From an uncultured Alphaproteobacteria bacterium (lineage in GTDB: Bacteria; Pseudomonadota; Alphaproteobacteria; RF32; CAG-239): a DNA stretch of 64,000 bases. The stretch is from contig CALXTE010000003.1 in NCBI GenBank assembly GCA_944391345.1, positions 18,375 to 82,374 on the forward strand. The letters run 5' to 3'. Made by a program: the position numbers and the translations under genes. Shown here in pieces: positions 28,519 through 39,733 of this stretch (position 1 is its first letter; every line of letters starts with the position of its first letter). The notes under the pieces were generated by a model, which saw nothing but the letters and a program-made list of their open reading frames with translations, searched no databases and was not told where the DNA came from.

Positions 28519-29571
28519 TTATGCTCCCGTGCTGAGGTTATAATATCCGTTCATATCCTGAAGGTTTAAGCGATAAGCCTTTAAGGCGGTTATCAAGTCA
28601 TAAATTTGACCGATGTATTCCAGACGGAATTGGACTTTGCCTTTGCCCATGGCTTCAATTTTTACACTGCTTATCTGGGGAATGTTTTTGAGCTGATTTT
28701 CGGTTTTAATCCAATCAGATAATTTTTGATAGCTGAACATTCCGATTAATTCCTGTCGGCTTGTGTCAGAAGCAATGTTTTGTTCCTGAATGGTGCTGTC
28801 GATATAAGCAGCGACCTCGGGAATCGCTTTTTGGAAAAGCTCAGGGCTTCTTTCTCCGCTGATGTCTATGGTTTTTGATGGTTGGCCGTTGTAGGGCATG
28901 ATGTTTATTCTTAATCCTTCAATGCCGTTATAAACCGCATCTAAAACATAGATGTTGCGGGTATTAAGGTGGCTGGCAACAAGATCTAATGCTTGGCCGT
29001 TGAGTTGGAGCGCTTTGTTGCCGTCTAAAACAGAGTAAACCATGCTGTCGGCCGGAACAGATATATAATTGTTCTCGCTGCCGGTTTTAGGCGATTGTTC
29101 CCAAGCTTTGCGCCACTCATTGCGGCTTTCCCACAGCAGAGGAGAATCGCCCGAAAATTCACGAAATACGGGAACAACAATGATGTTTGAAGCTGTGCGG
29201 ATAACGTAATTTATCCCTTGTTCTTCCATATAAGTTTTTAGCAGGTCATTATTTATGCGGACTTTAAGCGTGGCGATATAGCGCACGTTTGAGGCTTTTT
29301 CCGAGATGACCTCAGCTTCTTGAATGAAGTTTACCAGTTGATCGTCGGTTAAGCCTGACAGACGCGCTAATCCCTCGCTGTCAGTAGACTTTCCGGCAAC
29401 GGTCAAAAAAGCTTTGCGATAAGCTTCTTTCATGCCTTTTTCTCGGGCGGAGGCTGCATCTTGGGCTGTGATGTCTATGCTGACTTCTGCAACATATTTT
29501 TCACTGCTTTCTGCGCTGGCCGTGTGTATGATGCCAAAGCTCATCAATAGGGCTAAAATTATTTTGTACAA
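28519..29571 (-). CDS. Periplasmic protein with signal peptide (DUF2066-like)
   Basis: N-terminal signal peptide; alphaproteobacterial conserved family. Confidence 0.5.
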   Translation of the reverse strand: MYKIILALLMSFGIIHTASAESSEKYVAEVSIDITAQDAASAREKGMKEAYRKAFLTVAGKSTDSEGLARLSGLTDDQLVNFIQEAEVISEKASNVRYIATLKVRINNDLLKTYMEEQGINYVIRTASNIIVVPVFREFSGDSPLLWESRNEWRKAWEQSPKTGSENNYISVPADSMVYSVLDGNKALQLNGQALDLVASHLNTRNIYVLDAVYNGIEGLRINIMPYNGQPSKTIDISGERSPELFQKAIPEVAAYIDSTIQEQNIASDTSRQELIGMFSYQKLSDWIKTENQLKNIPQISSVKIEAMGKGKVQFRLEYIGQIYDLITALKAYRLNLQDMNGYYNLSTGA

Positions 29572-29582
29572 GGTGATGCTCC

Positions 29583-29999
29583 TTATCCGACAATTTCTGT
29601 TTCGCTGAAGAAAAATCCAACTTCTCTTTTGGCTGATTCAGGCGAATCTGAACCATGTACCGAATTTTTTTCTATTGAAAGGGCAAAGGTTTTGCGAATC
29701 GTTCCTTCTTCTGCAACGGCAGGATTGGTGGCGCCCATAATTTCACGGTAGTGCGCAATCGCGTTTTCTCCTTCCAGTACCTGAACAACAACCGGACCTG
29801 ATATCATTTGTTGGACCATGCTGTCAAAAAAGACTTTATCTTTTAATTCATGATAAAATTCTTCGGCTTGGCTTTGAGTTAAGCGAATCCGCTTTTGGGC
29901 AACAATGCGTAAGTCTGAGGCTTCTATCATTGTGTTGATTTGGCCGGTGATGTTGCGAGCGGTGGCGTCCGGTTTGATGATTGAAAGTGTTCTTTCCAT
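29583..29999 (-). CDS. ndk: Nucleoside diphosphate kinase
   Basis: Motif [11 protein letters not shown]...NSVHGSDS. Confidence 0.95.
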   Translation of the reverse strand: MERTLSIIKPDATARNITGQINTMIEASDLRIVAQKRIRLTQSQAEEFYHELKDKVFFDSMVQQMISGPVVVQVLEGENAIAHYREIMGATNPAVAEEGTIRKTFALSIEKNSVHGSDSPESAKREVGFFFSETEIVG

Positions 30000-30169
30000 G
30001 GTTTTTATCTACCCTTCCTATGCGGTTAAAATAATCGTGCTCCAAAAATTTATTTGATGTTATTCTATTTACATTAAAAAATCAAAAGTTTTTTGTGGAC
30101 AATTTGCTTGAAGCATTGTTTATTAGTTTTAGCAAAATTTTTTATATATGTTTTTTTAAGGATAATGTC

Positions 30170-31174
30170 ATGGCTTATAGTAAATATTTGCGCGGCTTGA
30201 TGGATAAAGCAAAGCTGTTGCATAAGACTATTGTTTTACCTGAGGGTGAAGATTTGCGCATTTTGGAGGCAGCTCATATTATTGCTTCTGAAAAAGTGGC
30301 AAAAATTATTATTCTCGGTAATGAAGATGAAATCAAAAATCATTTTGCTTCCAAAGGCTGGGGTTTAGATGATATTTCTATTGTTAAGCCGGAAAACTCT
30401 CCGCATTTGCAGGAATATACCAATTTGTTGTATGAACTGCGCAAGGACAAAGGTTTAACGCAAGAAGATGCCGCTAAACTTGCTCTTAATTATAACTATT
30501 TTGGAACACTGATGATTAAAGCCGGTCATGCTGACGGTATGGTTTCGGGGGCTAATCATTCAACTGCTGATACCGTTCGTCCGGCTTTGCAGATTATTAA
30601 ATCTGCCAAAAAAGGTCGCTCTGTTTCTTCTTGTTTGATTATGGTTTCAAACGACAAGCCTTATCTGTTTTCGGACTGTGCAATCGTGATTAATCCGACA
30701 GACCGCGAAATGGCAGATATTGCCCTTGATGCTGCAGAAAGTGCTTTGAAGTTTGGAATCGAGGCTAATGTGGCTATGTTGTCTTATTCGACTTATGGAT
30801 CCGGCAAAGGTGATGCGGTTGATAAAGTTAAGCGTGCAACCGAGTTAGCTAAAGCTGATTTGAAGAGTGATGAATATAAAGATTTGCCTATTCGAATCGA
30901 TGGAGAAATGCAAGCTGATGCTGCCCTTGATGAAGTTGTTGCTAAGAAAAAAGCTTCTGCCAGTGAAGTTGCCGGTAAAGCCCGTGTTTTAATCTTTCCG
31001 TCACTTGAGGCCGGAAATATCGGTTATAAACTTTTGCAACGTCTTGGCGGTTGTGAGGCTTATGGTCCTATGCTTCAAGGGTTGAATGCTCCGGTTAATG
31101 ATTTGTCTCGCGGGGCTTTGGTTGATGATATTGTCGGTGTTATTGCCATTACGGCTTTGCAGGCACAAAAGTAA
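30170..31174 (+). CDS. pta: Phosphate acetyltransferase (short PTA_PTB-type)
   Basis: 334 aa from the AAGGA-preceded ATG; the 75-nt N-terminal extension in the track is unlikely. Confidence 0.85.
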   Translation: MAYSKYLRGLMDKAKLLHKTIVLPEGEDLRILEAAHIIASEKVAKIIILGNEDEIKNHFASKGWGLDDISIVKPENSPHLQEYTNLLYELRKDKGLTQEDAAKLALNYNYFGTLMIKAGHADGMVSGANHSTADTVRPALQIIKSAKKGRSVSSCLIMVSNDKPYLFSDCAIVINPTDREMADIALDAAESALKFGIEANVAMLSYSTYGSGKGDAVDKVKRATELAKADLKSDEYKDLPIRIDGEMQADAALDEVVAKKKASASEVAGKARVLIFPSLEAGNIGYKLLQRLGGCEAYGPMLQGLNAPVNDLSRGALVDDIVGVIAITALQAQK

Positions 31175-31183
31175 CGGGAGGTT

Positions 31184-32368
31184 TTGATGAAAAAAATTTT
31201 GGTTCTTAACTCGGGGTCGTCTTCGCTTAAATATCAGCTTTTTGATGTTGAGGGTGATAATTATACCGTTGTGGCAAAAGGTAATGCCGAGAGAATCGGT
31301 ATTTATGGTTCTTTTGTCAGCATTAAAGCCGGTGATAATGATAAGGTTATTAAAGAAGTGGCTCTGCCTTCTCATAACGAGGCTATCCGCGAAGTTTTGA
31401 ATCTTTTGCTGGGCAGTGTTTTGAAAAGTCTTGATGAACTTGATGGTGTTGGTCACCGTGTGGTTCAAGGCGGAAGCTATTTTGACCGCTCAGTTTTGGT
31501 TGATGATGAAGTTTTGCAAAAAATTGATGATCTATCAACTTTAGCGCCGCTGCATAATCCGGCTGCCGTTCTTGGTATTAAGGCAGTTAAAAATGCATTG
31601 CCGAATGTGCCGCAAGTTGTGGCTTTTGATACGGCTTTTCATCAGACAATGCCGCGTGCCGCTTATTTGTATCCGTTGCCTTATGAACAATATAGCGAAC
31701 ATCAAATTCGTCGCTATGGTGCTCATGGAACGTCTCATAAGTATGTTTCCGAAGTTGCGGCCAAGCTTATGGGCAAAACCGGAAAATTTGTGACTTGTCA
31801 CCTTGGTAACGGAGCTTCAATCTCTGCTGTGGTTGATGGCAAGTGTGTTGATACTTCTATGGGATTTACGCCTTTGGCCGGTATTATGATGGGAACTCGT
31901 TGCGGTGATATTGATCCGTATATTCCGCTTCATATTATGAAATATCAGCGTAAAACCGTTGATGAGGTTAATGATATGCTGAACAAACAAAGTGGTATGC
32001 TTGGTTTGTGCGGTTATTCTGATAATCGTGATGTTGAACAAAAGTGCAAGGAAGGTGATGAAAAAGCTCTTGCCGCTATGGAAGTTTATGTTCATACGAT
32101 TATTCGTTTTATCGGGTCATATATCGCAGTTATGGGCGGTGTTGATGCGATTATCTTTACGGCGGGAATCGGCGAAAATGCGCCTTCTTTACGTAAGGAA
32201 ATTTGTAAGCGCTTGGCTTATCTCGGAATTGGGCTTAATGAAGAGAAAAATGCTTTGAAAGGTGAAACGGTCGAGATTTCGACTCCGGATTCTAAAGTTA
32301 AGGTCTTTGTTATTCCGACAAACGAAGAGCTTATGATTGCCAAAGATACGGTCAATTTGGTAAAATAA
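31184..32368 (+). CDS. ackA: Acetate kinase
   Basis: Motif ILVLNSGSSSLKYQLF. Confidence 0.95.
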   Translation: MMKKILVLNSGSSSLKYQLFDVEGDNYTVVAKGNAERIGIYGSFVSIKAGDNDKVIKEVALPSHNEAIREVLNLLLGSVLKSLDELDGVGHRVVQGGSYFDRSVLVDDEVLQKIDDLSTLAPLHNPAAVLGIKAVKNALPNVPQVVAFDTAFHQTMPRAAYLYPLPYEQYSEHQIRRYGAHGTSHKYVSEVAAKLMGKTGKFVTCHLGNGASISAVVDGKCVDTSMGFTPLAGIMMGTRCGDIDPYIPLHIMKYQRKTVDEVNDMLNKQSGMLGLCGYSDNRDVEQKCKEGDEKALAAMEVYVHTIIRFIGSYIAVMGGVDAIIFTAGIGENAPSLRKEICKRLAYLGIGLNEEKNALKGETVEISTPDSKVKVFVIPTNEELMIAKDTVNLVK

Positions 32369-32381
32369 TTTGTTTTTTGAA

Positions 32382-32418
32382 AAAGGGCAGGACTTTTTAA
32401 GTCATTGCCCTTTTTTTA
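32382..32418 (+). terminator. ackA terminator
   Basis: AAGGGCA...TGCCCTT stem plus T7. Confidence 0.6.
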
Positions 32419-32477
32419 ATATAATTACGGATTATATTTTTTCTGACCGTTAAAAAAATTTTTTTCAGGAGGAACTT

Positions 32478-32987
32478 ATGAATAAATTTTCTTTTGCTTT
32501 GATTGCCGCTCTTTTGGCTAGCGGAAGCGCTATGGCAGAAATGTCTGCTGAGGTGCAAAATGCCCCTTCTTCAAACCAACAAGAAGTGGAAGTTTTTGGT
32601 GAAGCCGAAAATGCTAATGGAACAGAAAATGTTATGTTTTTAGAGCAAAGCAACAGTAACGAAAATCCTCTTGGAAATCCGATTGTTGAGCAACCTGCCG
32701 ATAATTCATCAAATGCATCAGCAGGAATGACACCGGATGCTTCGACTCCGGATGTTTCGGTGGCTCCGGTAGCGGCTCCGGTACCGTCTAATGTTGTTTC
32801 AGAGTCTGAGCCTCAAGATCCGACTATTGCTCAAGAGCCGAATCCGGCACAGGTTAATAATCAGATTCAAAACACCCTTTATGAGTCTGGTGGTAGAATT
32901 TATGATGTTCAATCTTATCCGGACACGGATGTTGAGCGGATTCAGGCTGAACCTCAACCAACCATTACGGATTACCCAACATATTAA
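32478..32987 (+). CDS. Secreted Pro/Ser/Asn/Gln-rich low-complexity protein with signal peptide
   Basis: Signal peptide MNKFSFALIAALLASGSAMA; AGGAGG RBS. Confidence 0.55.
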   Translation: MNKFSFALIAALLASGSAMAEMSAEVQNAPSSNQQEVEVFGEAENANGTENVMFLEQSNSNENPLGNPIVEQPADNSSNASAGMTPDASTPDVSVAPVAAPVPSNVVSESEPQDPTIAQEPNPAQVNNQIQNTLYESGGRIYDVQSYPDTDVERIQAEPQPTITDYPTY

Positions 32988-33004
32988 TATATTGAAAATT
33001 CAGA

Positions 33005-33041
33005 AAAATCTCACTTTTTAGCAAAAAAGTGAGATTTTTTG
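33005..33041 (+). terminator. Terminator (AAATCTCACTTTTT-AGC-AAAAAGTGAGATTT)
   Basis: Perfect stem plus T-run. Confidence 0.7.
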
Positions 33042-33106
33042 TCAAAAAAATTAATTTTAGGGCTAGCATTGTCTTTAAAAATGTGATATATTGTGCGCGT
33101 CAAAGG

Positions 33107-33122
33107 GCGAGAGTGCTCTCGC
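33107..33122 (+). promoter_or_regulatory. Perfect palindrome GCGAGAG-TG-CTCTCGC just downstream of an extended -10 (TGATATATT at 33083..33091) in the cdnL promoter region; candidate operator
   Basis: Read directly from the sequence. Confidence 0.3.
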
Positions 33123-33151
33123 ATTAATCATTTTATAATAGGTTTGAAGGA

Positions 33152-33664
33152 GTGATGATGAATAAAAAACTTTCTTCGGGTATTGCTTTTAATTCAGGGG
33201 ATTTTGTTGTATATCCAGCTCATGGTGTCGGTAAAGTTTCTGATATTTCTAAGCAGAAAATTGCCGGTTCGGAATTGGAATTGATTGTGGTTAATTTTGA
33301 TAAAGATAAAATGACACTTCGTATTCCTATGGCAAAAGCAGATACCGTCGGGTTGCGTAAAATTTCTGAAGCGTCGACTATGGATGATGCCGTTAATGTT
33401 CTTAAAGGTAAGGCGAAGGTTAAAAAGATTATGTGGTCGCGCCGTGCTCAGGAATATGAAAACAAAATTAATTCCGGCAATCCGATTGCCATTGCCGAAG
33501 TTGTTCGCGATTTGTATCGTCAGGATAATTTGGCTGAGCAGTCTTATAGCGAACGTCAGATTTATGAGCAAGCTCTTGGTCGTCTTGCTAATGAATATGC
33601 CGTTTGTCACAATATTTCTTCAGACGAGGCTACTCAGAAATTGATAGAGGTTTTGGCTAAGTAA
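33152..33664 (+). CDS. cdnL: CarD/CdnL-family RNA polymerase-binding transcription factor
   Basis: Motif FNSGDFVVYPAHGVGKV. Confidence 0.85.
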   Translation: MMMNKKLSSGIAFNSGDFVVYPAHGVGKVSDISKQKIAGSELELIVVNFDKDKMTLRIPMAKADTVGLRKISEASTMDDAVNVLKGKAKVKKIMWSRRAQEYENKINSGNPIAIAEVVRDLYRQDNLAEQSYSERQIYEQALGRLANEYAVCHNISSDEATQKLIEVLAK

Positions 33665-33687
33665 AAAATCTTTTATCTTCCATGGTT

Positions 33688-33714
33688 GGAGGGGCTGTTG
33701 CCCCTCTTTTTTTG
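33688..33714 (+). terminator. cdnL terminator (GGAGGGGC-TGTT-GCCCCTC + T8)
   Basis: Hairpin plus T-run. Confidence 0.7.
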
Positions 33715-33876
33715 TTATCGAATCGAAAAATTTATATTTTTTAAAATCAATAGTTTTTTTTGCTCTTGCAAATATGTGTGGATAATGCTGTGAACAAGTT
33801 GTTATCCGGTTGCTTCATTATTTTTCAAAATTTAAAATTTACTTGTAATTGTTTCTTTTCAAGGATTTTTTTTGAA

Positions 33877-34308
33877 ATGATAAATGAAGAAAATTTTGTA
33901 ACTTCGACAACAGATGATATTGTTATTTCAGCTTGCACCGTTGAGTTGGAGCAAGATGAGAAAGACTTTGAAAACAAAGATAAGTTTGTTTACGGTTACT
34001 ATTTGTGTATTGAAAATAATTCTTCAGAAAAAATTCAGCTGGTCGGTAAAAACTGGAATATTACCGACGCAAAGGGAAATAATTTTCGTGATGATTCTTT
34101 AGGCTTTAAGGGTGAGATTCCGACACTGGAGCCCGGAGAATATTATGAATTTACAAGTGTGGCGCCTTTATCAACGCCAAGCGCCGTTTTTTACGGAAGC
34201 TGCAAGGTGCTTAAGGAAGGTCGCGGCGTTACCGAAGATGTTAAGGTTCCGACATTTTTGCTGGGGAATCGTTCTGCTGTTTCGAAAACACCGCAGGTAT
34301 TGAACTAG
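33877..34308 (+). CDS. apaG: ApaG (DUF525) domain protein
   Basis: Start at the ATG preceded by AAGGA; the long track N-terminus is rejected. Confidence 0.65.
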   Translation: MINEENFVTSTTDDIVISACTVELEQDEKDFENKDKFVYGYYLCIENNSSEKIQLVGKNWNITDAKGNNFRDDSLGFKGEIPTLEPGEYYEFTSVAPLSTPSAVFYGSCKVLKEGRGVTEDVKVPTFLLGNRSAVSKTPQVLN

Positions 34309-34315
34309 GTTCTTT

Positions 34316-35716
34316 TTATTTGTTTTTAATCAACTGATTATATTCTGCTTTTTTATGCGCCAGCATTTGGCCGTTTTCGCCTGTAAGCGGAGCAAACTTG
34401 CGGGCAATCGTATATTGCGGCAAGCGTTGTTTGATGTCTGCAATATCCTGATTCCAAGCGGTTGGGTGAATGCGGATTTTTTTGCTTTGTCCGGCGGAAA
34501 CGCGCGGCGTGATTTCGCCGCTGTCGGCGTCTTCAAATTCGGATAATTTTAATTTGATATTTTCCAGACTATTTGGTGCTAAAAACTCAATTTCCTCATC
34601 GCTGTTGATGTAATTGCGAAGCTCAAAAACGGCGTCATCGCCTTGCCATTCAACAATCGAGCCGGCAAATAACCAGTCGCCTAATGTGCGGGTGTATTCG
34701 TAGTTTTGGCTGATGTTGGTGAGCTTTCCGTCGTGGAATCCGAGGCAGTAGCCGCGGTTTTGAAGGGTTTCTAATTCACCCATGTATTTTGTATAATCCC
34801 ATTCTTGCGGATTGTTATACCAGTCGTCAATTGCCTTACGATAGGTGCGGGCAACAATGCCGGCGTAGTATTCGGTTTTGTTGCGGCCTTCGACTTTGAG
34901 CGAATCCATGCCGATGCTCAATAAATCCGGTAGACGCGGCAGCAAGCACATATCTTTTGAGTTCAAAATATAACCGCCGTGTTCATCCTCGACAACCTCA
35001 TAATATTCTCCGGGGCGGAATTCTTCTTCCAGCAAAAATTCAAAGCTGTCTTTATTGTGGTCATCAATAACCAATTCTTTAATCGTGCCGTCTTTGAGGC
35101 GGAGGTGAAGTTTGTAATGCCAACGGCAGCAATGAGCGCATTTGCCTTGATTGGCGCTGCGGTCAGCCAAATAGTTGGAAATCAGGCAGCGCCCCGAATA
35201 AGACATACACATGGCCCCATGCATAAAGCATTCGAGCAAAATATCGGGGCAGTCTTTGCGAATTTGTTTCATCTCCTCAAAAGTGACTTCACGCCCTAAA
35301 ACGCAGAGTTTGGCGCCCTGTTGCTGCCAAAATTTTACGGCCAAAGATGAGCAGATATTGGCCTGTGTTGAAACAAATAAATTTAGTTCCGGTGCGTGTT
35401 CTTTGACATACATAAAAACCCCAGGGTCGGCAATCAGAACGCCATCGGGTTTTAATTGGCGCAGGGTGTCTACAAAGGTCGGAAGTTTTTCAACGTCGCG
35501 GTTGTGCATGAACAAGTTTAAGGTCAGGTATATTTTTTTGCCACGTTCATGAGCAAAGGCAATGCCTTCTTGTAAATCTTCCATGGTCATTTTTGATTGT
35601 GCGCGCAGGCACATATCAGGCGTGCCGGCGTAAACGGCATCGGCACCGTATAAAATTGCGGTTTTTAATTTTGTCAGCGAACCGGCCGGCAAGAGTAATT
35701 CAGCTTTTTCCAGCAT
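34316..35716 (-). CDS. Peptidase U32 family protein (YegQ/RlhA/UbiU-like), 4-Cys cluster
   Basis: 466 aa; motif GRCLISNY...CAHCCRWHY. Confidence 0.85.
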   Translation of the reverse strand: MLEKAELLLPAGSLTKLKTAILYGADAVYAGTPDMCLRAQSKMTMEDLQEGIAFAHERGKKIYLTLNLFMHNRDVEKLPTFVDTLRQLKPDGVLIADPGVFMYVKEHAPELNLFVSTQANICSSLAVKFWQQQGAKLCVLGREVTFEEMKQIRKDCPDILLECFMHGAMCMSYSGRCLISNYLADRSANQGKCAHCCRWHYKLHLRLKDGTIKELVIDDHNKDSFEFLLEEEFRPGEYYEVVEDEHGGYILNSKDMCLLPRLPDLLSIGMDSLKVEGRNKTEYYAGIVARTYRKAIDDWYNNPQEWDYTKYMGELETLQNRGYCLGFHDGKLTNISQNYEYTRTLGDWLFAGSIVEWQGDDAVFELRNYINSDEEIEFLAPNSLENIKLKLSEFEDADSGEITPRVSAGQSKKIRIHPTAWNQDIADIKQRLPQYTIARKFAPLTGENGQMLAHKKAEYNQLIKNK

Positions 35717-35798
35717 TTTTTTGTTCCCAGTTAGTCTTTCCTTAAATCTTTTGTTCGCATACTAACATAAAAATTTATATTTTAAAGGATTTAATGCG

Positions 35799-36707
35799 AT
35801 GAAAAAAGTTATGGTTCTGATGGGCGGTTTTTCGGCCGAACGTGAGGTTAGCCTTGTCAGCGGAAAAGGTGTGGCCGAAGCGTTGCATCACAAAGGCTGT
35901 GAGGTTTTGGAATATGATTTGCGTGATGCGTGGAATCTGATTGAAGTTTTGCGTCGTGAAAAGCCTGATGTCGTGTTTAATGCTTTGCACGGAAACTGGG
36001 GTGAAGACGGTGAAATTCAAGGGCTGTTGGATTTGTTGCAGATTCCTTATACGCATTCCGGTCTTAAGGCCTCTGCCGTTGGAATGGATAAAGCACTTAC
36101 CAAGCTGGTGGCGGCTGATTGCGGAATCAAAGTTGCCGAATCCGAGAAAATGACTTTTGCCGAATTTAAGAAACACGGAACAAAAATTCCTCTGCCTTAT
36201 GTGGTTAAGCCGGTGGCTGACGGTTCAAGCGTCGGCGTGTTTATTGTAAAGATGCAAAAAGATGTGACTCAGGTTGTTTATCCTGATGAACAGGCTCTTA
36301 TTCTTGTTGAAAAATATATTGCCGGACGCGAATTGACTTGTGCCGTGTTTGATAATCGCGCCTTGGCGGTTACCGAGCTTTGTCCGCAGACAGATTTTTA
36401 TGATTATCAGGCAAAATACACAGCCGGAATGACAAAGCATGTTTTGCCGGCAGATTTGCCCCAAGCGGTTGAAGATAAAGTCAAAGACTATGCTTTGCGC
36501 TTGCATCAGGCTTTGGGATGTAATATGCTGTCACGTAGTGATTTTCGTTATAATGAAGAAGACGGTGTTGTCCTTTTGGAAGTTAACACAAACCCCGGAA
36601 TGACGCCGCTTTCTTTGGTGCCGGAGCAAGCAAAATATTGCGGAATTTCGTATGAAGACTTGTGCTATCGTTTGGTAACGGAAGGAGCAAAGGTGCGAAA
36701 GTTTTAA
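35799..36707 (+). CDS. ddl: D-alanine--D-alanine ligase
   Basis: 302 aa, ATP-grasp. Confidence 0.9.
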   Translation: MKKVMVLMGGFSAEREVSLVSGKGVAEALHHKGCEVLEYDLRDAWNLIEVLRREKPDVVFNALHGNWGEDGEIQGLLDLLQIPYTHSGLKASAVGMDKALTKLVAADCGIKVAESEKMTFAEFKKHGTKIPLPYVVKPVADGSSVGVFIVKMQKDVTQVVYPDEQALILVEKYIAGRELTCAVFDNRALAVTELCPQTDFYDYQAKYTAGMTKHVLPADLPQAVEDKVKDYALRLHQALGCNMLSRSDFRYNEEDGVVLLEVNTNPGMTPLSLVPEQAKYCGISYEDLCYRLVTEGAKVRKF

Positions 36708-36721
36708 GGGGATAAAGAGCC

Positions 36722-37657
36722 ATGAAAAATGTTATCGTTGTTATTGCCGGACCGACGGCTTCGGGAAAATCAGGACTTGCTCTTGATGTCGCCAAGGCTT
36801 TGGATGGGGCGGTAGTTAATGCCGATTCAATGCAGGTTTATGCCGATACGCCTCTTCTTTCCGCTTGCCCAAGTGATGATGATAAAAAGCGCGTTCCTCA
36901 CTATCTTTATCAGATGTGGCCGGCGGCAAAAAATGGTTCGGTCGTTGATTGGCTTAATGAAGCTGAAAAAGTTATCCGCCTCTTGTGGTTTCAGGAAAAA
37001 ATTCCAGTTGTGGTTGGCGGAACAGGGCTTTATCTTGACAATTTGATTAACGGAACAACGCCTATTCCCGAAACATCTTCAGAAGTGCGGTTGAAAGTTG
37101 CTCAGATTTTGAATGAAAAAGGAGTTAATGGGCTTCATCAAATGCTGGCAGCTTATGATGAAGAAACAGCGCAGAGGCTTTCGCCGAATGATACAACGCG
37201 TGTTCGCCGAGCCATGGAAGTTTTTTATGATACAGGAAAGCCACTCTCTTATTGGCATAGCTTGCCAAAAATAAAAAGGCTTCCCGAGGCGCGTTTTTTT
37301 AGTGTTAAGCTGGTTCCATCTATTCGTGAATTGGAGGAAAATTGTTCCGTTCGGTTTGATAAGATGATTAATCAAGGTGCATTAGACGAGGTTAAAAAGC
37401 TTTCTGCCCTTCATTTAAATGAAAAATTGCCGGCTATGTGCGCACTCGGTGTGCCTGAACTTTTGCGTTTTGTGCGGCAAGAAATTTCTTTGCAAGAGGC
37501 GGTGGCTTTGGCAAAATTGCATACACGCCAATATGCTAAACGTCAACGTACTTGGTTTAATAATCAAATGTTGGCTGATATTTTGTTTGAGCATTGTTAT
37601 CGCGGTGAAAATGAGCTTTTGGAAAATCTTATCGAAGGTGTGAAAAAACTGTTATAA
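36722..37657 (+). CDS. miaA: tRNA dimethylallyltransferase
   Basis: Motif GPTASGKS. Confidence 0.92.
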   Translation: MKNVIVVIAGPTASGKSGLALDVAKALDGAVVNADSMQVYADTPLLSACPSDDDKKRVPHYLYQMWPAAKNGSVVDWLNEAEKVIRLLWFQEKIPVVVGGTGLYLDNLINGTTPIPETSSEVRLKVAQILNEKGVNGLHQMLAAYDEETAQRLSPNDTTRVRRAMEVFYDTGKPLSYWHSLPKIKRLPEARFFSVKLVPSIRELEENCSVRFDKMINQGALDEVKKLSALHLNEKLPAMCALGVPELLRFVRQEISLQEAVALAKLHTRQYAKRQRTWFNNQMLADILFEHCYRGENELLENLIEGVKKLL

Positions 37658-37719
37658 ATTCTTGCAAGTATTGTATTATCGTTATACATATAATAATCAA
37701 TTTGTATTTAATTTTATGA

Positions 37720-38781
<1,062 letters not shown>

Positions 38782-38854
38782 TTGTCTTAATCAGAGTCGA
38801 TGAAAGAGGCGCTTGGCCTCTTTTGTCGGCTTTTTTACTTTTATCAGAGGTGTC

Positions 38855-39733
38855 ATGAAACGCAGAAGAGTCTTGTTTATGCAATTAAGCCAAATTAGGC
38901 AGTTGCTTAAAAAGTTTGCTCTGGTGATTTTGTTTCTTATTGCGTTTGTGATGATGCTGCTTAATAAAACAGACACGGTTCTGATTGATAAAACATCTTC
39001 TGTGGCGACAGATATTGTTACGCCGGTGGTTGATGTGTTGATTTTGCCGGCGCGGTTGTTGGCAAATGCTTATGATTATCTTAAAGATTTGTCTTTGGCT
39101 CACAAGGAAAATCAGTTCCTTAAGGCCGAAAATCGTCGTTTGCGGCTTGTGAGTGAACGGGCTCGTTCTCTCGAGATTGAGAATCGGCTGTTGGCTAAGC
39201 TTTTGAATTATACACGTCCCGATGAGGAAAATTTGGTAACGGCTCGCGTTGTGGCTGAAGAAGGTGATGCTTTTTCTCATTCGCTTATTGCCTATACGGG
39301 CAAAGACACAACCGCACAAAAAGGACAGATTGTTTTGACCGAAAAAGGTGTGGTTGGTCGGCTTGATAAAGTCGGGCAGCTTTATAGCAAAATTCTTATG
39401 ATTACCGATATTAACTCTCGTATTCCGGTGATGATTGAAAATACACGCGTTCGTGGAATTTTGGCCGGTGATAATGAGTTGAATCCAAAGCTTGTTTTTA
39501 CGCCGTTGTCGGCAAATATTCAGGAAGGTGACAGAGTTGTTACTTCCGGTGTGGCCGGTGTTTTTCCCTCAGGGTTGCCGGTGGGTGTGGTTTCTCATGT
39601 GTCTAAACGTGAGATTAGGGTGTTGCCGTTTGCTGATTTGAACAAAGTTGAATATGTGAAAATTGTGTCTTTCCCGATTGAGGAGGCAGAAACTCCTTCC
39701 GAAAATAAAGCGGAGGAAAATGCCGATGAATGA
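38855..39733 (+). CDS. mreC: Rod shape-determining protein MreC
   Basis: GAGGTG RBS; synteny. Confidence 0.85.
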   Translation: MKRRRVLFMQLSQIRQLLKKFALVILFLIAFVMMLLNKTDTVLIDKTSSVATDIVTPVVDVLILPARLLANAYDYLKDLSLAHKENQFLKAENRRLRLVSERARSLEIENRLLAKLLNYTRPDEENLVTARVVAEEGDAFSHSLIAYTGKDTTAQKGQIVLTEKGVVGRLDKVGQLYSKILMITDINSRIPVMIENTRVRGILAGDNELNPKLVFTPLSANIQEGDRVVTSGVAGVFPSGLPVGVVSHVSKREIRVLPFADLNKVEYVKIVSFPIEEAETPSENKAEENADE

